A program made the position numbers and the translations under genes. Positions 1-14,139 of a stretch of DNA of 64,000 bases are shown here, piece by piece. The notes below the pieces were generated by a model. The model was not told the origin of the DNA. It ran no database searches and worked only from the letters and a program-made list of their open reading frames with translations. Position 1 is the stretch's first letter. Each line of letters opens with the position of its first letter. This stretch comes from Trichinella spiralis (lineage: Eukaryota): positions 1,654,571-1,718,570 of the forward strand of contig NW_003526940.1 of the NCBI RefSeq assembly GCF_000181795.1, read 5' to 3'.

Positions 1-1568
1 CTATCATTATGAAATTGTTTCAATTAATTTAAATTTTATTGAAACAGAGCATATCACTAGTCATTTTTCTATTTATAAAATTTATATGAAAAATTCTTCA
101 AATTTTATCGCATATCATTAAGCAGTATCAAATATTTATTATTTTATGCAAGTTATTAATGCTATTCTTGACAGAATAAAGCTTAATCAATATTAATGAG
201 ATGAACATATACATTGTTTTTCCTTTTGTATAATAATAATATGCATGGCATAAAAAACAAAAATGCTCAGAAAAAATTATGCGAATCATTAAAGTGTATG
301 CTATTTTGTTTGCTAACCTTGTGAATTATACAGATGCTAGGCTGGTAGTGGAAATGTCATTGAATAAAGAGACAACCGCTTTCAGTATGTTTCACTTGCT
401 TGCAATAAAGCATACTATATGAAATTTAATTTTCAGTTTTACTTCTTAGTAGTAACGTAGCAGAAACATTATTTCTGATGTTACATATTTTTTAATATTA
501 TTTTTAAACTAAAATTACAATCAAAATTAAATAATATTACTCAAAAAATTTAAACTTATTAAATTTATTTTCAGATGCTCAGTTTATTGTAATCAAACTT
601 TACAAAAATATTATGCATGTAATTAATTACTTAATTAATCAAATATCTAAACAAGCATAAATTTACCTAAAATATGGAAATAAATTCACAGTTGAAATAT
701 TTTCTAATATGCATTATATTTTTAAGTGAAATATGTGCAATAAATGAAATTATTCATGCCATTTATAACAATTTCACAGCAACAATCAATTTCACATGTC
801 AGTCATTCATTGCACGCTAACTGTTAAATTGTGATTTTATTAAATTTCAATTTTAATTTAACAGTTTTTGATGTTGCTTTTTTTCAATATGTCCAATATG
901 AATTTTTTGAAATCTATAAATTTAAAAATAACTCATCCTCCTCCTTGAAATTACGTTAAATATAATTGATAAAATGTTTCCAACTTGGCGTTTGAAAATT
1001 ATGTAACATTTAATTAAATTTTTTTAAATATCTCCTACCTGATATCATTACATAGTTGCAAGTGATTATCATATTTTTCAAAAGGAAAAATTTCAAAACA
1101 CAAAGTAAGCATTCTATTCATTTTAACTTCGCTTGTTGAATTCATTCATTCTAAATGAATAAACAAAGCCAAATAAACCTGCGGCAGCAAGTCGTCAAAT
1201 GTCACGAAAGAAGCTCTTTTCATCAATTGCCAATTCATCAAATCATAATTCACTTTTTCTACAAGCCTTTCGTACAATAAATTTAATGAATTCTTTAAGA
1301 TTATTTACTTTATTATTAATCAGTTTCTTCATCAGTGTTGAAAATTTTTTCAATAACATTAATAAAATCTGAAAATCACTTTATTAACCATGATACTATA
1401 AATGCAGCAATGTAATATACAACAAAAACAAAACCTTTTCTTCATACATTTGTTTATTGATTTTCTCATTTATACATTTTTCAAAATTTATAATATGCAT
1501 CACAAAACAATTAAGAACAACAACGCATCAAAGAATTACACAGCTATTTTACTTATTTTCATTTTCAA

Positions 1569-3208
1569 CTAACGTTTTTTTCTTTGTAATTTCCCTGTTA
1601 ATTGGACATTGCTCGCTTTCTTTTTCCTTCTCTTTAAAAATTTTTTGCGAGAATTACCTAAACTTGATACATTGTTTAAAATCTCAATAAAATTTAATTT
1701 TATTAAATGCTAAAGATGAATAAATAAAATTATAAATACTATACCAGTTGAAATATTTTTATAACTTTCCTTAACCAGTCGCTCTTGCTTCAGCAATCGT
1801 TCAGCCGCTTTCTGCACCTACAAAACATGTAAAATTAGATTAAAGCTACAGCACAGTAATACGGTTAAAATTTTTTAAAACGTTAAATAAAAACGAAGAA
1901 CATACATCGTCTAAGTCAAGATCAGAAACACCAGACGATTCTTCTTCATCGAATGGATCACATTCGGTCGAAACCAGTTGAAACCTTAAATATTCTCATA
2001 TTAATACAATAAATTAAATATGGAAGTAAATTACTTTTTTACGAATTCATAAATTCGCTGACGTCTTTTAGAGCCGCAGCAGGCTGCCACTTCAAATAGT
2101 TCATCGCTGAGTCTCTTGTAATTTATCTGAAGAAAAAAATCCTCTGAAACTTCGTAAAAAAATTCTCTTCTCTTTTTAAACAGAATAATGTTTATTTTAC
2201 GTGGAAGTTCAAAGATAAATTTACCTTAAATCCAGTAGACTGTAAGTTTTGGGATTCACCTTTGGCTTTGTTCTTTTTCAATAAAGACTGAGACGCATCC
2301 AGAAGTATTGGCTCTAACACTTCACTGATCACGGTATCGAAAAAAATGGGACTAAAATTAATGCATAAAAATAATGTGAAAAGTTTGAAATTTAAATCAC
2401 AACACGATTTAACAAAAAATGCATTGTGGTTGAACGCTTTCGCAGGAGAAAAGACTAAATTCAAAATTTGAAATACTACCTTATAGGCTTTCCCAACAAC
2501 TCCACATAAGGTTGAAGCATTCGCATGGAACGTTGTTCATCTAACTTTTCTGACATCAATGAGTCCAATTCGTCGAGATACAATGAAACAAAGTGAAACT
2601 TTAATCCTTCTGGATAAGCCGATATCGATGGATTCAGCACAGTTAATTTTAAAAACGCCAAAACACGATCAACAATTCTTTCTTCCCAATCATTTTCATC
2701 AAAAAACCGCAACATACTACGTAAAAAGCGACGAGTTAACTAAATATAAATTACATTATAAAGAAAAAATTTTTTCAACACTGCAAAACAATACCATCAT
2801 AAATTTGTTCAATCTCCATTTATCAATTGTGTGCCATTCTGAAGAAATAGAAGTAAAAAATGTCAACTGAAAAGTCAATTTCTCATCCACTGTTGAAAAA
2901 CACTCCATAAGTTTTCCAATATTATCTGCTAATTCTTCTTGTTGCAGTGGCTTGTCTTGCATCCACATGGCGTAATATAAACCTTTCCACAAAATTGACA
3001 ATTCTGTTTCTTTAAACACTGAAAAAAAAACAAAAAATAAAATTCGTTGTAAAATATCAAGGAGAAGTCATTAGCTCCAGCACTAACCTTTATTTCTGCT
3101 CCGATCTGTTATCCAAGATCGAAGATGAAGCAAAGCTCGAGTACGAATTTTTGGTTGACAACTAGCTAATTTTTGTGCAAAAAAACTTTCGGGAAGAGGG
3201 AATTCCAT
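1569..3208 (-). CDS. RRP1: Ribosomal RNA processing protein 1 (Nop52/NNP-1) homolog, multi-exon
   Basis: Spliced translation reads MEFPLPESFFAQKLASCQPKIRTRAL..., LWKGLYYAMWMQDKPLQQEELA, EWHTIDKWRLNKFMM, GLKFHFVSLYLDEL (Nop52 signatures). It ends in a Lys/Arg-rich last exon with TAG at 1569-1571. Confidence 0.92.
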
Positions 3209-3784
3209 TGAAACAAGCTGAAGCAAAAGAGATCAAAGCACTGAAAGAAAATATTTTTTTATTTAATCATCACAATTAAACTATATGAATGATTCTATTT
3301 CATAACTTAGAATTTTACTTCAAAACTAAATAAACGTGAAAAACCTTCTACAAACGACAGCGCTTAAATCAAAATTTTTATTACCATATAAATATAAATG
3401 TTCCATTCAAAAACAGAACTAAAAAAGTAAAAAAAATTCCAAATGTTAAAAAATATTAATTAAACAACACAGCATTGAACTAATATTTAATTCACTGCTT
3501 AAAAAATTCAAATCATTCCATCTTGCTAATTTCTTTTGAAATATTCTCCAAGTCATTTCATAATTATTTACTTTCAATAACTTACAGTAATCTATATACC
3601 GTAACTGAAAATAAAGCTACAGCATTGCGATAAGATTAAAGTTTAAGAAACAGGAATAAAAAGCAATATTTTGCAAAACTTTTGGTTTTACGCACTTCGA
3701 ATTTTCAAATAGGTGGATTAAATTTACAAAGTAGATTAAAAATTAAAATCGCTTTATAAATTACGGTAAAGAAATTAAACTATA

Positions 3785-4199
3785 TGCAGCGGACACAGAC
3801 TGAGCTAACAACTGTATTTATCCAAACAACGAAGTGGAAGACGAATGAAGCTACCGTCAGCGGATATATGCTTGAAGATCAAAGGAGAATTACGGTTGTG
3901 CGTTGCTTGGAGCGTATTTTGCTGCTGGTGTTGGAATCCTGCTGTGACGAATCGGTGATGGTCCATTCGGAGTTGCTAATAAATACTGTGTTCATTACTT
4001 GTCTTGTGATTGCGATAATGTTACCGGGAAAGTGTGAACCCGGAAGAAAGGGGAACCGAGCTGGCGGAAGCCAAGCGGAGGATACGTCCGCGCAGAGAAA
4101 CCCGCTGGTCGACACTGGTGCGTCGTCGCAAAGCGACGACTGTGCTAATAACTCGGTTGAGGTGACGAACGAGCCCACCCGAGAGAGCGGCTCGTTACA
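3785..4199 (-). mobile_element. Solo LTR-like element (415 bp) with 4-bp TSD TATA
   Basis: GC-rich island with termini TGCAGCG...CGTTACA (imperfect inverted, TG..CA). TATA flanks it on both sides (3781-3784, 4200-4203). An ATAAAT polyA-like signal lies near the 3' end on the minus strand. Confidence 0.7.
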
Positions 4200-4380
4200 T
4201 ATAAATGACGTTTAAACTAAAAAAATACACGTGCCTATGATCTTAAAATGCATTACACTAATGATACATTTGTTTTTTGTAGGTTATAAACAAGAGATAA
4301 CAAGCTATTTTCAGTAATAAACAATTTAATAAATGCCAAATCAAACATGGAAACATAAATGAAAAACACAAACAAAATGA

Positions 4381-6014
4381 CTAAGAAATCTCGTTGCTCA
4401 ATAAATAATCAATAATTCTGAGCACATTTTGCACAGGAAGCTGGTGTTGAAATTCATTATTTTCACCTTCCAAAGTTTGCTTTAAAAGTGGCTGCACTTT
4501 CTTCAAGTATGTCGCTATAATTAAATAATAATGATATCAGTATGTTTAAAAACAGCAATGCATGTACCTTCAAGGCTGGTAACCACACATTCTTCTGAAA
4601 CAACATCAAGTACTTGGAAACAATGTAGTAATCCAATGATTTCATCGTCAGATAAAAACTGATCAGACCATCTGTTAGTAAATATCTTCAGCATTGTAAA
4701 ACAGCATTCACAAATTTCGCGGGCAATTTTTTCTTGATAATTCAAACTGATTAATAAATAAATGAACAAGAATTATATTTTTCAAGGTTTACTTAACATC
4801 GCCGAGCCAGATGGAAAAGTGGTAAAATTATGCAGCACTCCTGCAAGAAGCCAAACTGCCATTGACAACTGACGATCCAGCAATGATGTAATGATTTCTG
4901 AAAAATTCTTAAAAAAGTTTTCTCGCTCCCCAAGGTACATGCAAACAGTTTCTGAATCGTCTGTAAGATAATACAGCACTCGAGCAACTTCGTCACGAAG
5001 GTCGACTAAAATGCTTAACCAGTTAAAATAACATTGCTATTTAGTAATTTCTTTGATTTGGTACCGTTTGTGCAGTTGAGAAGAATAAAGTTAAAATCAT
5101 CCCAAAAATTCATTGCCATCATTTCTTCTGTCCACATTTCCGTCATCATGCCATACTCTCGAAAATTTCTTATAAACCTTCACAAATTTCAAATTATATA
5201 TTTGAAAATTATAAAAAACTTTGTTCTACCTTAGAACTTGAAGTAGTATAGCTGCATCTCGACACTTCAGCATCGTAACAATAGTTAAACTGAAAATATT
5301 TCATTACACACGATATTTTTTTTTGGTAAATACTACCATAAATTTCTATGTGTGCTGAGATAACCTGCATATCGATGCGCGGAACAAACCATATTAGCCA
5401 TGATTCCCACAATCATTTCCTAAAATATTCCATGTACAACAATAAATAAAGTAAAATTATTTACAGTCAATCGTGGTTTGTTAGTGCTTTCAAGAACAAA
5501 ACTGAACAATTTCAATACATCGAATTCCATTAAATAATTTACAACTTCCTAAAAATATATTATAAAATATTTATAATTCTTTCAAATAATTTAACTTCGT
5601 TAGTGCTCATATCCCATAAGTCGGAAAGATGTTTCTCAAATTCTTTATCCATTTCTTCAATATCTTCAGTATGTTCACATTCTGCCTCCTAAACACCTTA
5701 AATACTATTAACTAGATTCAAAAATAATCAGAGAAATCCCACTTCGCACAGTCTGAAAAGCAATTTATGGATAAATCGGCGACTATACATGGTATGACCT
5801 AATCGGTTAACATCATAATTGCACAACTGTTCGATATCTTCGGGGATATCTGGATTACTATAATTCTGCACTGTTTCTGTATTATCATTTCCTAGAACAA
5901 TAGAATTAAAGCAATTATTTTCCAAGATTTATAAAGCTTACTCTGTGTTTCAAGGATATCGACACTGCGTACTGAATCCGAGTCAGGGACAGGCGACTTT
6001 GGTGAATTCTGCAT
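4381..6014 (-). CDS. SAAL1: Protein SAAL1 (serum amyloid A-like 1) homolog, multi-exon
   Basis: Exons encode LGHTMYSRRFI, EFEKHLSDLWDMSTNE, STNKPRLT-EMIVGIMANM, matching recalled SAAL1 motifs (GxTxYSxxW, WDMSxxE, PRLxEIxVGILxNM). The last exon ends ...LLSNEIS* at 4381-4383. Confidence 0.8.
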
Positions 6015-6931
6015 ACCTGCAAATAATGAAACTGGAAATTAGTATCAGTGTAATTTATACAGTAAAAATCGTTTTCTTCAAATGAATTGCTTAAAGTATA
6101 CTACATTAATAAACATACGCATGCAGTATATTGCTCTTGCACAATTGAAAAACAGTAGGATAAAAAGTCATTAATGAAAAGCAAGTTCAGTTTTGATGCC
6201 TACAGAGTAGAGCACATATTGTATTAAAGTTATACACCTCATCTAATAATCTATGAATAAATTCGTTTTGTGTTTGAGTTATAGCTTTGCATCAGTTTCA
6301 TTTAGATTACAAAATGGAATTCAATCATCCCTGTCATACAATAACTTGCTTTTCAATTGTATACTGTTAACTAAATTTCTGTACTTTATCATATTAACCG
6401 TATGATGATAACTGAATTAACTGTATGATATAATAAAGGGAAAAGATTATTCCAATATTTTTGAAAAAAATTCAATATTATTCAAAATAAGTGAATACAA
6501 ATGACATTTCTGATATCGTAAATACATTACCAATACAGTTGTACACTCTGTTGAGAAAATTTTCTTAATACAAGTTTTTTATTAATTATGTAAATTATAA
6601 TAAGTAATTTTTAGCTGTTTTAAAATTTTATTTTAATTCACATCAAATTATATTACTTTCAGTATCTATTATTATTTTAATTTATTTCTGAGTAAATACT
6701 GAAATAAACAAAAATGAACCTTTGAAGTATTTACCACATGCTCTTTCATATAACAATGCTTTTAGTACATTAAGTTACAGTATTTTAAATTATAATGAAG
6801 TTCTATACTCTGACAGTACCGAAGGTGCCTTTACTTGGTTGTGGTAGATTATCGAATTTTGTAAGTCTTATGAATTCATTTGTATGAAGTGTTTTTTCTA
6901 TTGATTTTTAGATTATTGATTATTCTTATAA

Positions 6932-8869
6932 ATGTACTCCCAAGTACCTCAGTCTAGACAACGCAATAATAATAATCAGCATTTTGGTGGGAAGTATTAC
7001 CGTCCGCAACCCGTTTATATGTCTCAAGCAAGATTACCACATCAAGAAAGATGGCCCCCTGAAAATTTGTCAAGTTTGTGTTTTTCGCTTTTTGTTACAT
7101 ATGACAAGATTATAAAATACTGTTTTAGAGTTACTGCTACTAACTTGGGCATCTTTTGTAAATTTATACGAAATATTTGAATTTCTGTCCATTAAAAGTT
7201 GATAAGTTTAATATTTGTATTGCTAAATAAACTAATATTTAAAGGCGCCCGCTTATTAGGTGAAAAGCAGAAGTATTTTCATTTGTTTCTTGAATATGCT
7301 AAGAAATTTTTTTCAATTCTACTCAATACATAAAATTCATTTCTTATTATGTAGATTTAGTTAAAATTTCAATTTTGCAAAATAATTGCATTTTATGAAA
7401 CGTGCAATTTCTTTTTTAGATCAATATGAAAAATATATCGGAATTGGGGTTGGTATTGCAAGGTCAGAAATTATATTAAACATAATTGTCATAAGTTTGA
7501 AAATGACTTGCTTTAGTATTTTATTGGAAAACGTATTTTCTCAGCCGTTTATTGCCTTTCGTCGGCAATGCCAAGTACGTGTACACCAAAGTTATAAATC
7601 AAATCAAAATGTTACTCTTTTTTGAGGTTAACTTTAAAGCAGCTCATTATCATCGAACTCCGGTAACAGTGATTCCTATAATGTACAACGTGCAGCACAA
7701 TCAAGTAAATAATCAGAATATATTTTTCTTTTTGATTATCCAATAATTGTTTTTAGGACTTTGGAAGTTTGTGGAAAGGCGTTTCCAGCAGCATTGTTTT
7801 ACGAGGCATCTCAGTAGCTTCGGAAAATTTAATGTCAGAAGCGTTGGATTATCCAAAGTATGTTTGCATCCCAGTTATGTTTAATTATTCACATAATAAA
7901 AATTATTTAGAGTTATAATGTCGCCTAATTCTTGGATGATAGTGATGAAACATTTGGCATTGAAGGCGTAAGTAAAGTGGATAGTGTTTTGTTATTCAAA
8001 TAGTTTTGTTTTAGGATATCATTTGCAGTGACAACTCCCATAATGATCAGTGCCTTTCTGGAAACTGTTCAAGTAAATAATGTTCGATTAAATAATAATA
8101 ATAATTTGATTTTTTACTCTTATAATCTATCAGACATCGTTGGACAGAGAAAAGCCTGGCTTGTTTGACTGCGTTTATGAAGGATTTAAACGCATTTACA
8201 ACGATGTAATGGGTCCTCGAGGGCATCCTCGATTTTCCGTCTTTAATTTGACAGTACCAACCGTGGCATATCGACTTCTGTTCTACGTCACAAAAAAAGT
8301 TTTTCGTTGGCACATGTACAATTCTGTGAAATCTCACAGGGTAAAGAATGTTTCTTCTTATTTTTTCACAATCATATTTTCAACTATAGGCAAATCGCTC
8401 TGAGCAAAATAAGTCACCCTTTGACAAGTATTTTCCGGAAGTGTTCACTGCGCTTACATCTGATTTATTTACAGAAGCACTTTTGTATCCGTTTGAAACT
8501 GTTCTTCATAGGCTGTATTTGCAAGGTATTTTCTCTCTTAATTCAAAATTCAATATATTTACATTTTTATTGCATAAAATCCAAATTACAGGCACCAGAA
8601 CACTGATCGACAATTTAGATGACGGATGTTCGGTGATGCCAATTATGACTCGTTATGAAGGAGTGATTGATTGCATCAGAACGATTAAACTAGATGAAGG
8701 CATTGGAGGATTTTACAAAGGTTTCGGTGCACTAGTGTTGCAATACATGTTACATTTGGGTTTGGTGCACACGTTTCGATTAATATATGAATATTTCGAT
8801 AGAAACATGGAAGCAATGATCACTAGCGAATCAACGGAAGTCGATAATCATGAAGTTGAAAATATCTAA
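6932..8869 (+). CDS. SLC25A46: Mitochondrial outer-membrane carrier-family protein SLC25A46 (Ugo1-like), multi-exon
   Basis: [81 protein letters not shown]. Confidence 0.93.
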
Positions 8870-9069
8870 CGAAAACTGCCGAGAAAGGCAAAGCTTTCTT
8901 CTGTTTGCGAAATTTTTGAAACGTAACATTTAGTTACAATTAACATGAAAGAATACCAATATTCAATAATTTCATGAAGTATAAAATGTTGCAAAAATAA
9001 AATGAAAGAAATGAAGCAAATATGATGTTTAAATGCTTAATTTTATTCAAGTGAAATTATATTTTATGA

Positions 9070-9657
9070 TTATCGTTTACAAGCAACTTCGTATAAATCT
9101 CTAGGAGTCATTGCGCGAGTGTTCAATGCAGATTCAGGTAGACGAAACGTGACATACGGTCGCAACTAAAAATCCACATATATACATATATGTTAACGAA
9201 TTCAACATGAGAAATAAAACAACTTGTGTATCTTTCAAATCAGGAACAATAATTTCGATTGGATACCTTAACAGTTCTAAAACAAAAGTTCGTTAACAAA
9301 AAGTAATTAAATGAACTAATATTTGAAGGGATTCTTTCAAACGATTCGAAAATTTCAAACACTATTTGAGAACAGTATTGAAATTAATTTTATTCTCTGT
9401 ACTAATAACTAGAATCTCGCAAACTGTTGTGGCACATTTTTTAGTAGAAAATCAAAAATACCTTTTGGCTTTTGCGATGGAAAAACGCTCCATCCAGATT
9501 CTCGATGAGGCCATTCCCACTTCTCGTAATACATTGGTCCAATTTCAGTAGCGGTCCTATTGCGTTTCAAATAGAATGGATACGGAGGCTTCTGATGAGG
9601 GGTGGTAAATGTTCGGACATAACGAATACTTTGAATCGACAAAAAATTAGAAAACAT
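9070..9657 (-). CDS. MRPL41: Mitochondrial large ribosomal subunit protein mL41 (MRP-L27 family)
   Basis: The 3' exons give EIIVPDLKDTQLRPYVTF...MTPRDLY, matching the mL41 ExxVPDLxxxxLKPYVSY motif. The N-terminal exon looks like a mitochondrial presequence followed by PPYPF...IGP. Internal splice junctions are uncertain. Confidence 0.75.
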
Positions 9658-12175
9658 CCAATTTCTAATAAAAAAAAGATTAAAATTCTCAAAACACACA
9701 AAATTAATTTCTAACACTTTTCTAAAATTATTATTTAATAAAATATTATATTAATAAAAAATAATCTATTACTAAAACTTTCTTTGAGATTACTGTAAAT
9801 ATAAATAAACTCAAGCTTTATGCATAAAAAATTTGAAGTTAACCAAATAATTGAATTTTCAAATTTTTGTATAGAAATATATATTGTTTTTACATTTGCT
9901 TGAACATGTATGAACTGCTAGAACATGCATTTGTACAACATTAAATGTTTCAATTATAAAGTAAAGTTCAACGTCAAAAGCTTTTTTATATTTAATAATT
10001 AAATCAAAAAACAAAATAAATAAAATTCAGTTATCAATCTAAATAAACAAATTAAGTGAATTAAATCAACAAATCCAAAATCAAACAAAGAAAAATAAAA
10101 AAGAAATAAAACAATATTGGAATCTCCTACACTGCAATTACGGATAATCAGGTTCGTGAACTGCAACTTCTCGAGCGAAAATTTTCGGTAAAATTGCACG
10201 TTTTACTGATCTCTCACTTTCTATTCTAGACAAATCACATTATCTTTTTTATTATTTTTCGGTATATATCTGTACATATATATGAGATTTTGGCATTGTG
10301 CCAATACTCAGTCGGTCAAGAAAACAGTCCAAACAAGAGTAATTTTGCACCACAACAACTATATCTTTAGACAGATGTTGCATGTAATGTAACTGGATAT
10401 TAAGTAGAAGACGCCAACTTTCATTAAATACTTTCGAAGTTCATTTATTCGAAATAAATAAATAATTATAATGAACATCAAAATCGTACTAAAATGTATG
10501 ATTAGCAAGTAAAGATACGGTGTATTTTTCATCCATCGTTTTTGCGCATTGCAAAACTTTTTTAACAGTAATGAACTCAAGTAATTTCTCAGAAATGAAA
10601 TAATTTTTTGATAAAGCGGCGACATGATTCCATAAAGTTGAGAGGATGCAAACAATCACAGAACTGCTTTGATCAATTCAAACGGTTGGCAGATAAAGAT
10701 GATAATCAAGAGGAAAGGAAACTGCCCCCTGATCAGTTTTTTGCTATAATCTGCTTGAAACACTAGTTTGAACTGATACAGCTAACCTGGTTGCTTACAC
10801 GCCAAAGGAAATCTATGTTTAATGAAATCTTTTCTTAAAAAAAAGTAAAAAATGACAAGCCTAAGAAAAGATTAGCTTCTCATTTTATAAATTGAGGTCT
10901 TCCATGATTCTGCTTGTTTCCGTTTCTGAAAACAGTAACTATAAGATTGATTCTGTATTTCGTACATGGTTATCTCAGTTTTCAGCGATTTTTATTTAAT
11001 TACATATTTCAGTATAATTTACTGTTGTTGAAATATTTACCACATGAATTGTTTTTGAAAAAGTATTTTCACTCGTTATTTATTTTATTACAATTTGTAT
11101 AGAAAACGAAATTTTATTTTTTATTTATTACTCAATGACTATTTTCAATGTTATTCTTAATGCAATTTTTAAACTGTATTAGCACAACTGAAATAATTGA
11201 TTTTCAATAGACTGAATAATGTGAGATTACCGTTTTGTTTTTGTATTTCTTTTTAGAAACAGACAATAAGTTTATTTACAATATTCATTTATTAAGTTTA
11301 TCAAGTATTACTATCAGTCACTAATTTGAGCAATCAATGAAAAACTATGAAAATAGATATTTACAGACAGCTGTGTCGCTCTCAAGGTCGACTGGAAGAA
11401 CAAAGAGAACAGCTCAGACCACAGCATAATTAATCAAATGACGAAAATACCGCAACAGCAGTTACCATATTTTCCGGTGAAATCTGAGCAATCTGATTCC
11501 CGCTGACAAATAAGTTTCAGCTGGTTAGGCTTCTTAAATACTCATTTGCGCCAGTGTTCAAACATATCTGCACAGATTAATTTTATTAAACAATTACGCT
11601 CAATTATATCATTAAGACATTTCTAATTCCTTAAATAAATATGTTTTGTCAAATATTTCAAGTCAAATTAAATAAAAGTACAATAAAATTTAAAAATTTG
11701 TTTCGAATTTTTAAAGCACATCGTTAGGGTAATTTTTTAAAATTTATAAAACTAAACGTTTGGATCGGAAAAACACCACCATATATTTAAGAAAAAATGG
11801 TCGAAAATTTTAGTATTTTTATTAGCAATATAAAAACAGAAAAAAGTCACCAATTATTATTTGCAACTTCTGTTCTAAAATTTATCCCTCATTATCTTTA
11901 AATCATGATACAGTATTTTTTTATTGGTTGTGCAAGTTATTCATATTTTGACTTTTTTCTTTATCCGAATATTCTGTTATTAGTCCTTTTGACATTATTC
12001 CTAGTTTTAATATTTTTAACTATTAATTATGATTATTAATGCTTTCGTTAAAGCAGTCGCATTATAATGGTTTTGTTTGTTTTATAAACTTCAAGCTAGG
12101 TGAAAGATCTCATTTTTATTTTTATTTTCTAGAATATTTGTTTAGAATTGGTTTATTTAAATATTCATCTGTACA

Positions 12176-13683
12176 ATGGATGGAAGTAAATCGATTAAGT
12201 CATTCAAGACGTTAAGTGGATTTGGACTGTTTTGCCATGAAATAGGCAGGAAGGTCGTAGGTGAAAGCTACGTGCTTCGAAAGTTTGAATTAATAAGAAA
12301 ACTCAGCGCTGCATGGCAACAGTTATCTGTTGAAGAAAAACAGGTAATTATTCTACGTTGAAAGTTTAAACTGTAAGCGCTTTACGAAATGAAGTGACTT
12401 TATTTAATAGCATATGTAAGAAAAAGTGATGATTTGAAATTATTTGAAATGTACAAAATTTGTTTGATTTTTTGTTTTGTTCAGCTAAGAATTTGCATAA
12501 TTTCAGAATTACAGAAATCGTGCTGCTGAATTACGAAACGGGTTAGAAACGAAAACACCAGTCAAAACACCAACTGAAAGCGCCGATCTCCCTATTGAAC
12601 CACCAAGTAAAAAAAGACGGTCGTCAACGGAACGACCCTCTGTTTGTCCAAAGTCGATGAAGCATTGGGTAAATTTTGTGAATTATTTTTTTTGATATTT
12701 AAAAGTTTTTTTTATAAAAGTAGAACGAATGCGTTTTATTAATTTTTTGTGCTGCAATTTAAGGAATAGCATTTTTATTTTCTCAAAGTTCATTATATCC
12801 AAACATCGTTCATTTAGAAAATGTTTTCTTAGAATACTGTAAGTTATATGATAAAAAACACTGTTGTCATTAAAACAGTACTTCATGATTAGGAATTTAT
12901 ATTTTGCATACTTTGAATTATTATTAAGACTCTGAAAGATTCGTCTGCACAAAATGACGTTACATTTTGAACATGAATGATTTTAATCTAGAAAGATTAA
13001 TTTATGTGATATTTACTTTAAATTGATGTGAAACATGAAGTAATATTGAATGATAATGAAATAATTATAAATCATATATATATAGATAGATGTGTAAGGA
13101 TAATTACAACTTTTTATAGCTGCCTTCAGAAAGCGACAAAACTATGTACTTAACACGGGATTTCATTGATTTCAACAATCGTAAGAAACAATAAAAAGTG
13201 ATAATTTACAGCTATGCTAAAAAATGTGCAATTTTACAGGAATAGAGCGCCAATCAATCCGTTTTGCTGAGCAAAAAGAACAGCTGATAAAGGAAAATGC
13301 TGAATTAGCGAACAAATTAAACATGGTTAATCGTCGTTTATCATTGAAATTACCAAAAGAAAAAGAAGATCAGCTGTTAATACAAAAGTATATGTGGCAT
13401 ATTTATATTTACAAATTAAGACTTACAGATGCGTTAAAAGAATTGCCATTTCCAGGTAAAGGATATTTTGAATTGTTATTTTTTCAAAATTGATGCCTAT
13501 TTTACACTATAATAATATTTAGACAATCAAGATTTGATTACTGTTGAAAATGTAATGGATTTTTATAAGATTGCAAAGCAGATTAAAAAAGATAACTTGA
13601 AAAGCAGTGCTGAATTTATCAGTAAGTTTAATAAAGCAATGCGCTCATTAGCTCTACCTTCTGTACAATATTTGTATGAATAA
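12176..13683 (+). CDS. HMG-box protein, HMG20/BRAF35-like, multi-exon
   Basis: The HMG box (LSGFGLFC...LIRKLSAAWQQLSVEEKQ-NYRNRA) is followed by LTRDFIDFNNR, a coiled coil and LTDALKELPFP...ITVENVMDFY, resembling the HMG20A/B C-terminus. Stop TAA at 13681-13683. Confidence 0.7.
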
Positions 13684-14139
13684 ATTTCTGTTTATTTTAT
13701 ATTTGCATTTTTGTTCTGAAATCATAAGTGTTGAAATATTTAGACTACATTAGTGTTATTAAATTTGTCATAGTTTGAAAATGAAAAATTAAATAAGTTG
13801 TAAAAAAAGAGGATTTCCCATTTTGTTACAGTTGAAAATGGAATCATGTCAATTTGAAAAGGTACTGTTGAATTTAAAAGTAAAATTTATTACCTTATTT
13901 CAATTATAAAATGAAATTAATCAGTTGTGCATTCATTTTTGAATGGCGAAACATTTTGTACTGTTTTCAAAATTATATTCTGTGATGATAAAGCGGTTTA
14001 TTCTGAAAAATTGATCTCTGTTTGATAATATTAATATCAGTCATTATGAAAGTTTTGAATCGCAATTTTTAGTTTCAGTAAAATGATAAAATTATTCATC
14101 ACCTGATCAGTAATGTACTGTTTGATGAAATTTATTACG

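Noticed and set aside
317..1223. Possible minus-strand exons (MKRASFVTFDDLLPQ|gt at ~1179-1223; another at ~318-414)
   Set aside because: Splice-like signals only. They may be 5' exons of a gene left of the window, but no product can be supported.
3784..4215. 143-aa (+) and 99-aa (-) ORFs as novel proteins
   Set aside because: They coincide with the solo-LTR-like element; the open frames are explained by its higher GC content.
10560..11575. GC-richer patches that could be exons or TE relics
   Set aside because: No consistent reading frame, TSD or recognisable motif.
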